From Eledone cirrhosa (lineage: Eukaryota): 64,000 nt of DNA. Shown in pieces: positions 36,760-48,500 of this stretch. Location of the stretch: assembly GCA_964016885.1 (NCBI GenBank), contig CAXHJY010001076.1, positions 61,345 to 125,344 of the forward strand, read 5' to 3'. Below the pieces are notes generated by a model. The model searched no databases and was not told the DNA's origin. It saw nothing but the letters and a program-made list of their open reading frames with translations. Both the position numbers and the translations under genes were made by a program. How positions within the stretch are numbered: position 1 is the stretch's first letter; each line of letters opens with the position of its first letter.

Positions 36760-39700
36760 GGTGGTGGTGGTGTAGTGGTGGTGTAGTGGTGGTGTAGTGG
36801 TGGTCTGGTGGTGGTGGTAGTGGTGTTGTTGTTGTTGTTGTTGTTGTTGTTGGTGGTGGTGGTTTAGTGGTGGTGGTGGTGTAGTGATGGTGTAGTGGTG
36901 GTGTAGTGGTGGTGTAGTGGTTGTGTTGTTGTTGTTGGTGGGGTGGTGGTGGTGGTGTAGTGGTGGTGGTGGTGGTGGTGTAGTGGTTGTGTTGTTGTTG
37001 TTGGTGGTGGTGGGGTGGTGGTGGTGGTGTAGTGGTGGTGGTGGTGTAGTGGTGGTGGTGGTGGTGGTGTAGTGGTGGTGTAGTGGTGGTGGTGGTGGTG
37101 GTGGTGTAGTGGTTGTGTTGTTGTTGTTGTTGGTGGTGGTGTAGTGGTGGTGGTGGTGGTGTAGTGGTGGTGTAGTGGTGGTGGTGGTGGTGGTGGTGTA
37201 GTGGTTGTGTTGTTGTTGTTGTTGGTGGTGGTGTAGTGGTGGTGGTGGTGGTGTAGTGGTTGTGTTGTTGTTGTTGGTGGTGGTGGTGGTTTAGTGGTGT
37301 AGTGGTGGTGGTGGTGTAGTGGTGGTGTAGTGGTGGTGTAGTGGTGGTGGTGGTGTAGTGGTTGTGTAGTGGTGGTGGTGGTGGTGGTGGTGTAGTGGTT
37401 GTGTTGTTGTTGTTGGTGGTGGTGGTTTAGTGGTGGTGGTGGTGGTGTAGTGGTGGTGGTTGAGGTGTAGTGGTGGTGTAGTGGTTGTGTTGTTGTTGTT
37501 GGTGGGGTGGTGGTGGTGGTGTAGTGGTGGTGGTGGTGGTGGTGTAGTGGTTGTGTTGTTGTTGTTGGTGGTGGTGGGGTGGTGGTGGTGGTGTAGTGGT
37601 GGTGGTGGTGTAGTGGTTGTGTTGTTGTTGTTGTTGGTGGTGGTGGTGTAGTGGTGGTGGTGGTGGTGGTGTAGTGGTGGTGTAGTGGTGGTGGTGGTGG
37701 TGGTGGTGTAGTGGTTGTGTTGTTGTTGTTGTTGGTGGTGGTGTAGTGGTGGTGGTGGTGGTGTAGTGGTGGTGTAGTGGTGGTGGTGGTGGTGGTGGTG
37801 TAGTGGTTGTGTTGTTGTTGTTGTTGGTGGTGGTGTAGTGGTGGTGGTGGTGGTGTAGTGGTTGTGTTGTTGTTGTTGGTGGTGGTGGTTTAGTGGTGTA
37901 GTGGTGGTGGTGGTGTAGTGGTGGTGTAGTGGTGGTGTAGTGGTGGTGGTGGTGTAGTGGTTGTGTAGTGGTGGTGGTGGTGGTGGTGGTGTAGTGGTTG
38001 TGTTGTTGTTGTTGTGTGGTGGTGGTGTAGTGGTGGTGGTGGTGGTGTAGTGGTGGTGTAGTGGTGGTGGTGGTGGTGGTGGTGTAGTGGTTGTGTTGTT
38101 GTTGTTGTTGGTGGTGGTGTAGTGGTGGTGTAGTGGTGGTGGTGGTGTAGTGGTTGTGTTGTGTTGGTGGTGGTGGTGGTTTAGTGGTGTAGTGGTGGTG
38201 GTGGTGTAGTGGTGGTGTAGTGGTGGTGTAGTGGTGGTGGTGGTGTAGTGGTGGTGTAGTGGTGGTGGTGGTGGTGGTGGTGTAGTGGTTGTGTTGTGTT
38301 GTTGGTGGTGGTGGTTTAGTGGTGTAGTGGTGGTGGTGGTGTAGTGGTGGTGTAGTGGTGGTGTAGTGGTGGTGGTGGTGTAGTGGTGGTGTAGTGGTGG
38401 TGGTGGTGGTGGTGGTGTAGTGGTTGTGTTGTTGTTGTTGGTGGTGGTGGTTTAGTGGTGTTGTGGTGGTGGTGGTGTAGTGGTGGTGTGTGGTGGTGTA
38501 GTGGTGGTGGTGGTGTGTGGTGGTGTAGTGGTGGTGTGTGGTGGGGGTGGTGTAGTGGTTGTGTGTTGTGTTGGTGGTGGTGGTTTGTGGTGTAGTGGTG
38601 GTGGTGGGTGTGGTGGTGGTGTGTGGTGGTGTGTGGTGGTGGTGGGTGTGTGGTGGGGTGGTGGTGGTGGGTGGTGGTGGTGGTGTGTGGTGGTGTTGTG
38701 GTGTGGTGGTGGTGGTGGTTGTGGTGGTGGTGGGGGTGGTGTGGTGGGGGTGGGGTGGTGGTGGGTGGTGGTGTGTGGTGGTGGGGGTGTGGTGGGGGTG
38801 GGGGTGGTGTGTGGTGGTGGGGGGGTGTGGTGTGTTGTTGTTGTTGGTGGTGGTGGTTTAGTGGTGTAGTGGTGGTGGTGGTGTGTGGTGGTGTAGTGGT
38901 GGTGTGTGGTGGTGGTGGTGTAGTGGTGGTGTAGTGGTGGTGGTGGTGGTGGTGGTGTGTGGGTGTGTTGTTGTTGTGGTGGTGGTGGTGTAGTGGTGGT
39001 GGTGGTGGTGTAGTGGTGGTGTAGTGGTGGTGGTGGTGGTGGTGGTGTAGTGGTTGTGTTGTTGTTGTTGGTGGTGGTGTAGTGGTGGTGGTGGTGGTGT
39101 AGTGGTTGTGTTGTTGTTGTTGGTGGTGGTGGTTTAGTGGTGTAGTGGTGGTGGTGGTGTAGTGGTGGTGTAGTGGTGGTGTAGTGGTGGTGGTGGTGTA
39201 GTGGTTGTGTTGTTGTTGTTGGTGGTGGTGGTTTAGTGGTGTAGTGGTGGTGGTGGTGTAGTGGTGGTGTAGTGGTGGTGTAGTGGTGGTGGTGGTGTAG
39301 TGGTTGTGTTGTTGTTGTTGGTGGTGGTGGTTTAGTGTTGGTGGTAGTGTAGTGGTGGTGGTGGTGGTGGTGTAGTGGTGGTGGTGTAGTGGTGGTGTGG
39401 TGGTGGTGGTAGTGGTGTTGTTGTTGTTGTTGGTGGTGGTTTAGTGGTGGTGGTGTAGTGGTGTAGTGGTGGTGGTTGAGGTGTAGTGGTGGTGGTGGTG
39501 TAGTGGTGGTGGCAGTGGTGTTGTTGATTTTGGTGGTGGTGGTGTAGTGGTGGTGGTGGTGTAGTGGTGGTGGTGGTGTAGTTGTTGTTGGTGGTGGTGG
39601 TGGTGGCGGTGGTGGCGGTGTAGTGGTGGTGGCAGTGGTGTTTTTTTTGGTGGTGGTGGTGTAGTGGTGGTGGTGGTGTAGTGGTAGTGGTGTTGTTGTT

Positions 39701-39764
39701 GTTGGTGGTGGTGGTGGTGTAGTGGTGGTGTAGTGGCGGTGTAGTGGTGGTGTAGTGGTGGTGG

Positions 39765-39796
<32 letters not shown>

Positions 39797-39870
39797 TAGT
39801 GGTGGTGGTGTAGTGTTGGTGTAGTGGTGGTGGTTGAGGTGTAGTGGTGGTGTAGTGGTGGTGGTGGGGG
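36760..39870. repeat. (GGT/GTA/GTT)n G-rich trinucleotide-type satellite
   Basis: Direct reading, ~3.1 kb. Confidence 0.96.
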
Positions 39871-40075
39871 GGGGGTAGTTCCCTGTATGTTCATTCAATT
39901 GTTGATCTATGTAAGACATATTACAAAATATCATAGTAAGGAAAAGATACATCTTCACTACCCGCCGTCTTCAGAAATAATCGAAGATGCATGTATCTTT
40001 TTCTTACTATGATATTTTGTAATATGTTTTACATAGATCAACAATTGAATGAACATATAGGGAACTACCCCCCCC
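39869..40075. repeat. Inverted repeat (arms ~39869-39952 / 39991-40075)
   Basis: GGGGTAGTTCCCTGTATGTTCATTCAATTG... / ...CAATTGAATGAACATATAGGGAACTACCCC. Confidence 0.85.
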
Positions 40076-40196
40076 AGAAACGATCGTAAAATAATGTGTT
40101 TTTCTATGAATTAACAGTTTTGTGTTTAATTTCATTGTTTTAATATTTATATATATTGGATGTGCAGTGTAAATGTGCGTGAACGACCCAGCATAA

Positions 40197-41244
40197 ATGT
40201 GTTGTGAGAGAAACTGTGTCTGAGAGGGATAGAATGTAGTGTACGGGAGAGGAGACTGAGGTGGTATGGACATGTGATGTGTTGAGAGAGAAACTGTGTC
40301 TGAGAGGGATAGAATGTAGTGTACGGGAGAGGAGACTGGGGTGGTATGGACATGTGATGTGTTGAGAGAGAAACTGTGTCTGAGAGGGATAGAATGTAGT
40401 GTACGGGAGAGGAGACTGAGGTGGTATGGACATGTGATGTGTTGAGAGAGAAACTGTGTCTGAGAGGGATAGAATGTAGTGTACGGGAGAGGAGACTGAG
40501 GTGGTATGGACATGTGATATGTTGAGAGAGAAACTGTGTCTGAGAGGGATAGAATGTAGTGTACGGGAAAGGAGACTGAGGTGGTATGGACATGTGATGT
40601 GTTGAGAGAGAAACTGTGTCTGAGAGGGATAGAATGTAGTGTACGGGAGAGGAGACTGAGGTGGTATGGACATGTGATGTGTTGAGAGAGAAACTGTGTC
40701 TGAGAGGGATAGAATGTAGTGTACGGGAGAGGAGACTGAGGTGGTATGGACATGTGATGTGTTGAGAGAGAAACTGTGTCTGAGAGGGATAGAATGTAGT
40801 GTATGGGAGAGGAGACTGAGGTGGTATGGACATGTGATGTGTTGAGAGAGAAACTGTGTCTGAGAGGGATAGAATGTAGTGTACGGGAGAGGAGACTGAG
40901 GTGGTATGGACATGTGATGTGTTGAGAGAGAAACTGTGTCTGAGAGGGATAGAATGTAGGGTACGGGAGAGGAGACTGAGGAGGTATAGACATGTGATGC
41001 GCATGGAGGATGACCGATGCGTGAAGAAGTGCCAGGAAATGCCAGTTGAAGGAAGACGTGGTAGAGGTAGACCATGAAAAACATGGGCGGAGGTGGTGAG
41101 AACAGACCTCAGATCATTGAAGCTCACGGTGGAGATGACGAGGGACCGTGACGAGTGGAGAGATGCTGTGCTGAATAAGACCCGTCCCACCCTTGCAAGC
41201 AGGGAAAAGCGGACGTAAAATGATGATGATGATGATGATGATGA
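40197..41244 (+). mobile_element. RTE-type LINE 3' fragment with 80-bp tandem array (~10 copies) and (GAT)n tail
   Basis: Reads ERRLRWYGHV..VEGRRGRGRP..W; the unit recurs every 80 bp. Confidence 0.85.
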
Positions 41245-41312
41245 TATAGTGGTAGAACACTGGAAGGTAATATCCATAGTGGTAGAGCACTCAGTCCATG
41301 GGACGAGTTAGG

Positions 41313-41448
41313 TAGAAGTAGTAACACAACAGTTAGTTCACCATACCGAGAACAATTGTTTCACCTTAGCAGATCCTCAGCTTGTAATCCGCTAAGGTGA
41401 AACAATTGTTCTCGGTATGGTGAACTAACTGTTGTGTTACCACTTCTA
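41313..41448. repeat. Inverted repeat (arms 41313-41370 / 41391-41448) with hammerhead
   Basis: Reverse-complementary arms; the right arm holds only GAAACAATTGTT. Confidence 0.88.
41347..41384 (-). ncRNA. Hammerhead motif
   Basis: CAAG-CTGAGGA-TCT gcta AGG T-GAAA-CAATTG-TT|CTCG; palindromic stem III. Confidence 0.6.
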
Positions 41449-41752
41449 TATATATATATATATATAACGAAGGAAATGTGGTAAGGAACCAGATGGACCA
41501 TAACGCACCAAAGTACTCAATACTTAGGGTAGTAGAGTGGGTAATAGAGTAGTAGAGTGGTTGTAGAGTAGTAGAGTGGTAATAGGGTAGTAGAGTGGGT
41601 AATTCTGGACTAGGAGTCCAGAATTAGCCGTCGAAACGGCTTGAGCTCAGCCGTCGGGGTCTTACTTGTTCCTATATATATATATATATATATGTTGATT
41701 TAAAACTGCACTATTCACAAGTGTATTTTAACCTTCATATCACGTCCTCATA

Positions 41753-41819
41753 TTTTATCTGATGAAAACACAAATGTTATTGCATGATGATATTTGTTTT
41801 TGAAATGCGCATAATAAAA
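41753..41819 (+). ncRNA. Minimal type-I hammerhead ribozyme (first of tandem pair)
   Basis: TTTTAT-CTGATGA-AAAC ACAAATGTTA..TGATATTTGT TTTT-GAAA-TGCGCA-TA|ATAAAA. Confidence 0.85.
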
Positions 41820-41849
41820 TACATGGAACTCATTTAACCATCTTTTGTT

Positions 41850-41889
<40 letters not shown>

Positions 41890-41993
41890 GGAGGTGAGTT
41901 TTATTGTAGTACAATAAAGCAATGCAGATATCGGATAAGAAGCACTCTACAGTTTGTAGGACTGGAGTATACATAATATAAGATCAAAAGATG

Positions 41994-42060
41994 TTTTATC
42001 TGATGAAAACACAAATATTATTGCATGATGATATTCGTTTTTGAAATGCGCATAATAAAA
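41994..42060 (+). ncRNA. Minimal type-I hammerhead ribozyme (second of tandem pair)
   Basis: Copy of 41753-41819, 241 nt downstream, with two substitutions in stem II. Confidence 0.83.
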
Positions 42061-42382
42061 TACATGGAACTCATTTAACCATCTTTTGTTCTTATATATA
42101 TATATATATATATAACTAGCTTATCTTTATAATTTAAAATTGATATACACTACGATACTCTGTACATGTCAACGCTTCATTTTGCCTTATGACAGCTAGT
42201 TTTCACGCCATAACATTAGATACATTATATACCCCCCACCTAAGTAATGTCAGGGTCTCCTTAAATAATTTATTGATAGCATTGTGGTAATTGTTGTTAT
42301 TGTTCTAATTGAATGCCATTACTACTTAAGATAGTAGCCTGTATTTTCTTTTCTTGCCTGTGTATTTTCTTCATTCTCGCAT

Positions 42383-42488
42383 GCTCTGAAGATCTGACTG
42401 GTTATAATTCTGTATTGGCGATCGAGTAACGCAAAATTAAGCGGATAGCGATCTCTAGACATACCAGTTCAGTGAAACAAATGTAAGC
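42383..42488 (+). ncRNA. Hammerhead motif with very long stem-loop II
   Basis: GCT-CTGAAGA-T CTGA CTGGT ...~60 nt... ACCAG T TCAG T-GAAA-CAAATG-TA|AGC. Confidence 0.7.
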
Positions 42489-42542
42489 TATGTGATTAAA
42501 AACTTTTTTGTATAGCAAACCATGTAAACCTTCTTTCCTGAT

Positions 42543-42578
<36 letters not shown>

Positions 42579-42608
42579 CACAATTAATCTTTTTTCTCTC
42601 TGTTTCAG

Positions 42609-42696
42609 GTTCACAAAAAATCTCACTCAAACCAAATGACTCAGATTAATTCTCGTATTGAGACAAAGGTAGCCAAAACCATATTTTTTGTGACCT
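42609..42696 (+). CDS. Opsin penultimate exon (ICL3 to start of TM6)
   Basis: Polypyrimidine + TTTCAG acceptor, GTAAGT donor. 88 nt = VHKKSHSNQMTQINSRIETKVAKTIFFVT + 1 nt, which joins in phase with the next exon to give ...FFVT-L-AFLASWLPY. Missed by the ORF track. Confidence 0.88.
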
Positions 42697-42910
42697 GTAA
42701 GTATAAAGAAGATCTTTTGGTACTCTGAACACTAAACTTTTCAGTAACTCAAACCAACCCCTAATCAGAACCTTAATTTAATTCTTAATTTCCTTTAATG
42801 ATTTAACAAGAGGCCAGTACAAATCTCTTAAACAGATATCTTGGTACCAGACACTTTTGGGATTTCAGAATGGAAGATTTTTAGGGTAGATTTTAAAGTT
42901 TTTTTAGATA

Positions 42911-43022
42911 GAGGCGTATGGCTGAGTGGTTAGAGAACTGGGTTCGCAGTCGTCAGGTTGTCAATTTGTTTCCTGGACCGGGTGATGCGTTATGTCCTTG
43001 AGCAAGATATTTTATTTCACGT
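42911..43022 (+). mobile_element. Degenerate tRNA-derived SINE head
   Basis: TGGCTGAGTGGTTAGAG...CCTTGAGCAAGA. Confidence 0.65.
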
Positions 43023-43300
43023 GGCTCCTTCTACCTGAAGTTGCGACCGATAGATAGTACTAGCAACTGGAAAGACCAATGGAAACATTGTTTCCTCGGT
43101 CCGATTTGACGAAAGTTGATCGACAAATTTTTTTTTTTAAGGTTCTTTTGACTATGGCATGGTTGCGGTGGTGTCGTGGGGGGAAGAAAGCGGCGTTGGT
43201 GGTGACAATGATGATGACAGCTGTGGTGGGAGAGAGAGAGAGCAGTGGTCCATTACTAGCAGTTGATGTGGCAGAAGATGGTGACGGTGGTGATGGTGAT

Positions 43301-44053
43301 AATAATAATGAAATTATTGTGTACAGTGCTCAGGTGCACTACAACTCGTCAAAGGTGTATGTATAGTACATAGAATAATACACAAATGTCAGGGAAGTAC
43401 ATGTGTGTATGTGTTAGCTGTAGTGTTGGCGGATCTCGGGAAGCATGGAGGCCTTAAAGGATGCAGTGTCTTGACAGCTAACAACTGATGCAGGTAGTTT
43501 GTTCCATGGAGGCCTTAAAGGATGCAGTGTCTCGACAGCTAACAACTGATGCAGGTAGTTTGTTCCATGGAGGCCTTAAAGGATGCAGTGTCTCGACAGC
43601 TAACAACTGATGCAGGGAGTTTGTTCCATGGAGGTTTTAAAGGATGCAGTGTCTCGACAGCTAAAAACTGATGCAGGTAGTTTGTTCCATGCTTCAGCAA
43701 CTCTGAGCGTGAAAAAATGTTTCCGAAAGTCATGGGAGCTGTGCTGTTTTCTGACTTTGTGGGCATGTCCACGTGTGTTAGACACATGGAAATCAAAAAG
43801 GTTCTCAGGGTTGTTGTTGGCAACATGGTTAACAATTTTGTGGGTGTTTACCAAGTCAGTTGCCAGGCGTCGGAGCTTCAATGTATCCATGCCCAGGGAA
43901 GCAAGGCGCTCAGAGTATGGTAGATGCCTGATGGAGGGTATTCGCTTGGTTGCACATCTCTGAACAGTTTCCAGGCGGTCAATGTCCTGAGCAAGATAGG
44001 GGTTCCAGACTGGTGATGCAAATTCTAAGTGTGGTCGCACCATAGCTGTATAC
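43301..44053 (-). mobile_element. CR1-group LINE 3' fragment (intronic) with ~4 copies of the 61-bp unit
   Basis: ORF 43600..44103 RPHLEFASPVWNP; (ATT)n tail. Confidence 0.88.
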
Positions 44054-44350
44054 AACCTTTGGCGATAATGATGGCTGAGTGAGTGGCTGAGTGATGCTGT
44101 CACTCAGTAACTCAGCTATTATGCTTGAATTCAGTAGTCGTTGCTCCTGATTTTGATAAAATATTAGATAGAACAAGGTGGCTCCTTGATTAGAGTGTTC
44201 GGCTCGTGGCCACAGGGTCACGAGTTTGCAATAACCCTACTTTCTGTGTTGTTGGTAATGGCAGACTCTTTCTTTTCTGTTTCTCACAGTTAACCATACA
44301 GAAACAGGCCCCACAAAGTTCTAGAAGTTTTGGGCTACATATATATATAT

Positions 44351-44862
44351 GGAGGCACATGGCTTAGTGCTGGAGGCACATGGTTTAGTGGTTAGAGCAT
44401 TGGCCTTGCAATCGAAAGGTTGTGAGTTCAATTCTCAGACCGGGTGATGTGTTGTTTCCTTGAGCAAGACACTTTATTTCACATTGCTCCAGTTTACTCA
44501 ACTGTAGAAATGAGATGATAGGGACTGGGGTCCCTATCATTCCACTGCAAAGTGGCCGTGGAGGTGCCACGGCAAAAACGCCCCCAGCACTCACTGTAAA
44601 GTGGACGTGGAGGCGCCACGGCAAAAACGCCCCCAGCACTCACTGTAAAGTGGTCGTGGAGGTGCCACGGCAAAAAAGCACCCAGCCCACACTGTAAAGT
44701 GGACGTGTAGGTGCCACGGCAAAAAAGCACCCAGCCCACACTGTAAATGAGGTTGGTGTTAGGAAGGGCATCCAGCTGTAGAAATCAAGCCAGAATCAGT
44801 TCCCGTCCCACCCTTGCAAGCAGGGAAAAGCGGACGTAAAATTATGATGATGATGATGATGA
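44351..44862 (+). mobile_element. Full tRNA-derived SINE with RTE-type 3' tail (intronic)
   Basis: A box TGGCTTAGTG, B box GTTCAATTC, central domain, ~4 x 49-bp repeats, tail CCCACCCTTGCAAGCAGGGAAAAGCGGACGTAAAA(TGA)n. Confidence 0.88.
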
Positions 44863-44902
44863 TATAGAAACAGCCCCCACAAAGTTCAAGAAGATTTTGG
44901 AT

Positions 44903-44933
<31 letters not shown>

Positions 44934-45101
44934 GAAACAGACCCCATTTAATATTTAATATGATGTAGTCATAGTGTTGTTTTGTACTAAATGTTTATAG
45001 TATCTTTACTGGTGGACAGATTGTTGTGAATATTTACAGTATTACAGTAAAGACTTTAATATTTAATGTGACGTAGTCATAGTGTTGTTTTGTACTGAAT
45101 G

Positions 45102-45549
45102 TCTCTCTCTCATTCTCTCTCTCTCACACCACCCTCTCTCTCTCTAATCTCTTCTCTCTCTCTCATCACCTTCTCTCTCCTTCATCACGCTCTCTCTCTC
45201 TCTCTCTAATCTCTTTCTCTCATCACCCTCTCTCTCTTTCATCACACTCTCTCTCTCTCTCTCTCTCATCACCCTCTCTCTCTTTCATCACGTTCTCTCA
45301 CTCACTCACTAATCTCTCTCTCTCTCTCACTGCCTCACTAAACTCTCTCTCTCTAACTCCCTCTCTCTCACTCACTCACTCACTCATCGCTCTCTCTCTC
45401 TCTCACTGCCTCACTAAACTCTCTCTCTCTCTAATCGCTCTCTCTAACACACTCTCTCTCCCTCACCCTAACTCTCTCTCACCACTCTCTCTCACACCAC
45501 CACCCTCTCTAACCATCCTCTCTCTCTCTCTCTCTTTCTTTCTCTCTCT
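45102..45549 (+). repeat. (CT)n polypyrimidine tract directly upstream of splice acceptor
   Basis: Direct reading; ends in CTTCCAG at 45557. Confidence 0.9.
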
Positions 45550-45557
45550 ACTTCCAG

Positions 45558-48500
45558 TGGCATTCCTTGCGTCGTGGCTCCCCTACGCCATCGTGTCGCT
45601 GCTGTTCGTGCTCGGTTACCACAGCAACATAGTCACGCCCGCGGCCGAGATCTCGTGCGCCGTGCTGGCCAAGTGTTCGGTCATCTGGAACCCCCTCATC
45701 TACGTCATGACCAACAACCAGCTGAAGAAGAGCATGCTGGACACGCTCCGGTCGACGTGCGGCCATCTTGGAGGCGGCGGCGGGTGGTGGTGCGGCGGCT
45801 GGCTCGGCGGAGCGTCCGGCGGGCGCGACGGCGACAGCCGGGGCGAGTACGACTACGAGTGCGACGAGTGCGACGAAGATGGCGGCGGCGTCGGCGTCGA
45901 CGGCCGAGGAGGCGACGGCGAAGAGAACATGGAGATGGTTGGCGGAAGCCGGCAGAGACGCTCGGCGCAGCAGCAGCAGCAGCAGCAGAACGGCAGCAGG
46001 AGGAAGGGCGGCGGCGGCGGCGGCGGCAGGGGCTGGAGAAAGAAAAAGAAGCGGCGCGGAGGCGGCGGACGGGGAGGCGCGATCGGACGGCTCCGGCACG
46101 AGGAGCAGAGCTACAACACGGAGTTCTCCGTGGCTCGCAGCTCGAGGGTCGGCCATGCTGGAGGCATAGAGCAGCTGGAGTTGGAGGACATCGCCATGCT
46201 GGAGGAAGCCGTAGGTGCCACTTCTACAGCTGCTCGGAGTTCTTTGATGCCTGGACTCCAACAACAACAACAACAGCAGCAGCAAGGGAGTGGGGCCATG
46301 TTGGGGGAAAACTCACTTGATTTTTGTATGGCCAGGGACTCCGTAATGATGATCGACCTCCAACAACGGCAACACCAACAGCAGTCTGAGAGTGCGGCCA
46401 TGTTGGAGGAAAACCTCACAGATCGGACTTCATTGATTTCCAGCCTCCAGCAACAACAGCAACGGTGTGAGAGTGCGGCCATGCTGGAGGAAAACCTCAC
46501 AGATCGGACTTCATTGATTTCCAGCCTCCAGCAACAACAGCAACGGTGTGAGAGTGCGGCCATGCTGGAGGAAAACCTCACAGATCGAACTTCATTGATT
46601 TCCAGCCTCCAGCAACAACAGCAACGGTGTGAGAGTGCGGCCATGCTGGAGGAAAACCTCACAGATCGGACTTCATTGATTTCCAGCCTCCAACAGCAAC
46701 AGCAACGGTGTGAGAGTGCGGCCATGCTGGAGGAAAACCTCACAGATCGAACTTCATTGATTTCCAGCCTCCAGCAACAACAGCAACGGTGTGAGAGTGC
46801 GGCCATGCTGGAGGAAAACCTTACAGATCGAACTTCATTGATTTGCAGCCTCCAGCAACAACAGCAACAGTGTGAGAGTGCGGCCATGCTGGAGGAAAAC
46901 CTCACAGATCGGACTTCATTGATTTCCAGCCTCCAGCAACAACAGTCTGAGAGTGCGGCCATGTTGGAGGAAAACCTGACGGCCGCTCCTCTGGCTCGGA
47001 GTTCCTTGATGGTGAACTTGCGACAACGACAACAACAACAACAACAACAACAACTGCAGTTGGAGGAGAGAGTAGCCATGCTGGGGGAAAACATACACCT
47101 GTCTTCATCTGCTTCTACAGACCTCCAACAACAACAGCAACAGCAACAACAACAACAGCAACAACAACAGCAGCTAAAAGTGGTGCCAGAGTTGAATGTA
47201 ACGGCCATATTGGAGGATGATGTCGCAACGTCATCATCATCATCGGCGTCTGCTCCAATCGCCAGAGATTCATTAGCAACAGTGAACATCCAACAACAAC
47301 AACAGCAGCAGCAGCAGCAGCCGGTAGTGGTGGTGGAGGTGCGGGGCTCGGGGGTGGAGGTGGAAGCCATGTCGGAGGAAGACATTGCTGCATTCTCATC
47401 TGCATCTATGACCTCGTGGGCAATGCTGATGGGTGGAGGTGGTGGTGGTGGTGGTGGTGTTGGAGGTGGTGTTGGAGGTGGTCGCAGTAGTGGTGGTGGT
47501 GTTGGAGGTGGTGGAGGTGGTGTTGGAGGTGGTCGCAGTAGTGGAGGTGGTGTTGGAGGTGGTGGAGGTGGTGTTGGAGGTGGTCGCAGTAGTGGTGGTG
47601 GTGTTGGAGGTGGTGGAGGTGGTGTTGGAGGTGGTGGAGGTGGTGTTGGAGGTGGTCGCAGTAGTGGAGGTGGTGTTGGAGGTGGTGGAGATGGTGTTGG
47701 AGGTGGTGGAGGTGGTGTTGGAGGTGGTCGCAGTAGTGGTGGTGGTGTTGGAGGTGGTGGAGGTGGTGTTGGAGGTGGTCGCAGTAGTGGTGGTGGTGTT
47801 GGAGGTGGTGGAGGTGGTGTTGGAGGTGGTCGCAGTAGTGGTGGTGGTGTTGGAGGTGGTGGAGGTGGTGTTGGAGGTGGTCGCAGTAGTGGAGGTGGTG
47901 TTGGAGGTGGTGGAGATGGTGTTGGAGGTGGTGGAGGTGGTGTTGGAGGTGGTCGCAGTAGTGGAGGTGGTGTTGGAGGTTGTCGCAGTAGTGGAGGAGG
48001 TGGTGGTGGTGTTGGAGGTGGTCGCAGTAGTGGAGGTGGAGGAGGTGGTGTTGGAGGTGGTCGCAGTAGTGGAGGAGGTGGTGGTGGTATTGGAGGTGGT
48101 CGCAGTAGTGGAGGTGGTGTTGGAGGTGGTGGAGGTGGTGTTGGAGGTGGTCGCAGTAGTGGAGGTGGTGGTGGTGGTGTTGGAGGTTGTCGCAGTAGTG
48201 GAGGTGGTGTTGGAGGTGGTGGAAGTGGTGGAGAGATGGGTGGTAGAGGTGGTAGGTGTAGTAGCAGCAGTAGTAGTAGTAGTAGCTACAACCCTGCTTT
48301 CTCCATGCCGGGGGCTCCGAACACCGGCCTCTCCCGCCCACAGCAACACCCCCCGGGGCAATCCTTCCCTGCCGATCCTTCGGCAACAACACTGTCTACT
48401 CCGGTGATGGTCATGGCGGGAAGCAGTCTCGGCGGCGGCGGTAGAAGTGCCAGTGGTAACGGAGGGGCCCCGCACCGGCTGGTGAGCGGCAGTGGGGGAG

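Noticed and set aside
40007-41277. Three 314-376-aa minus-strand ORFs
   Set aside because: Antisense read-through of an 80-bp RTE-derived tandem array.
44372-44445. tRNA-like sequence with A and B boxes (also 22835-22905, 24615-24684, 34714-34785)
   Set aside because: SINE heads followed by a central domain and tail; no complete cloverleaf.
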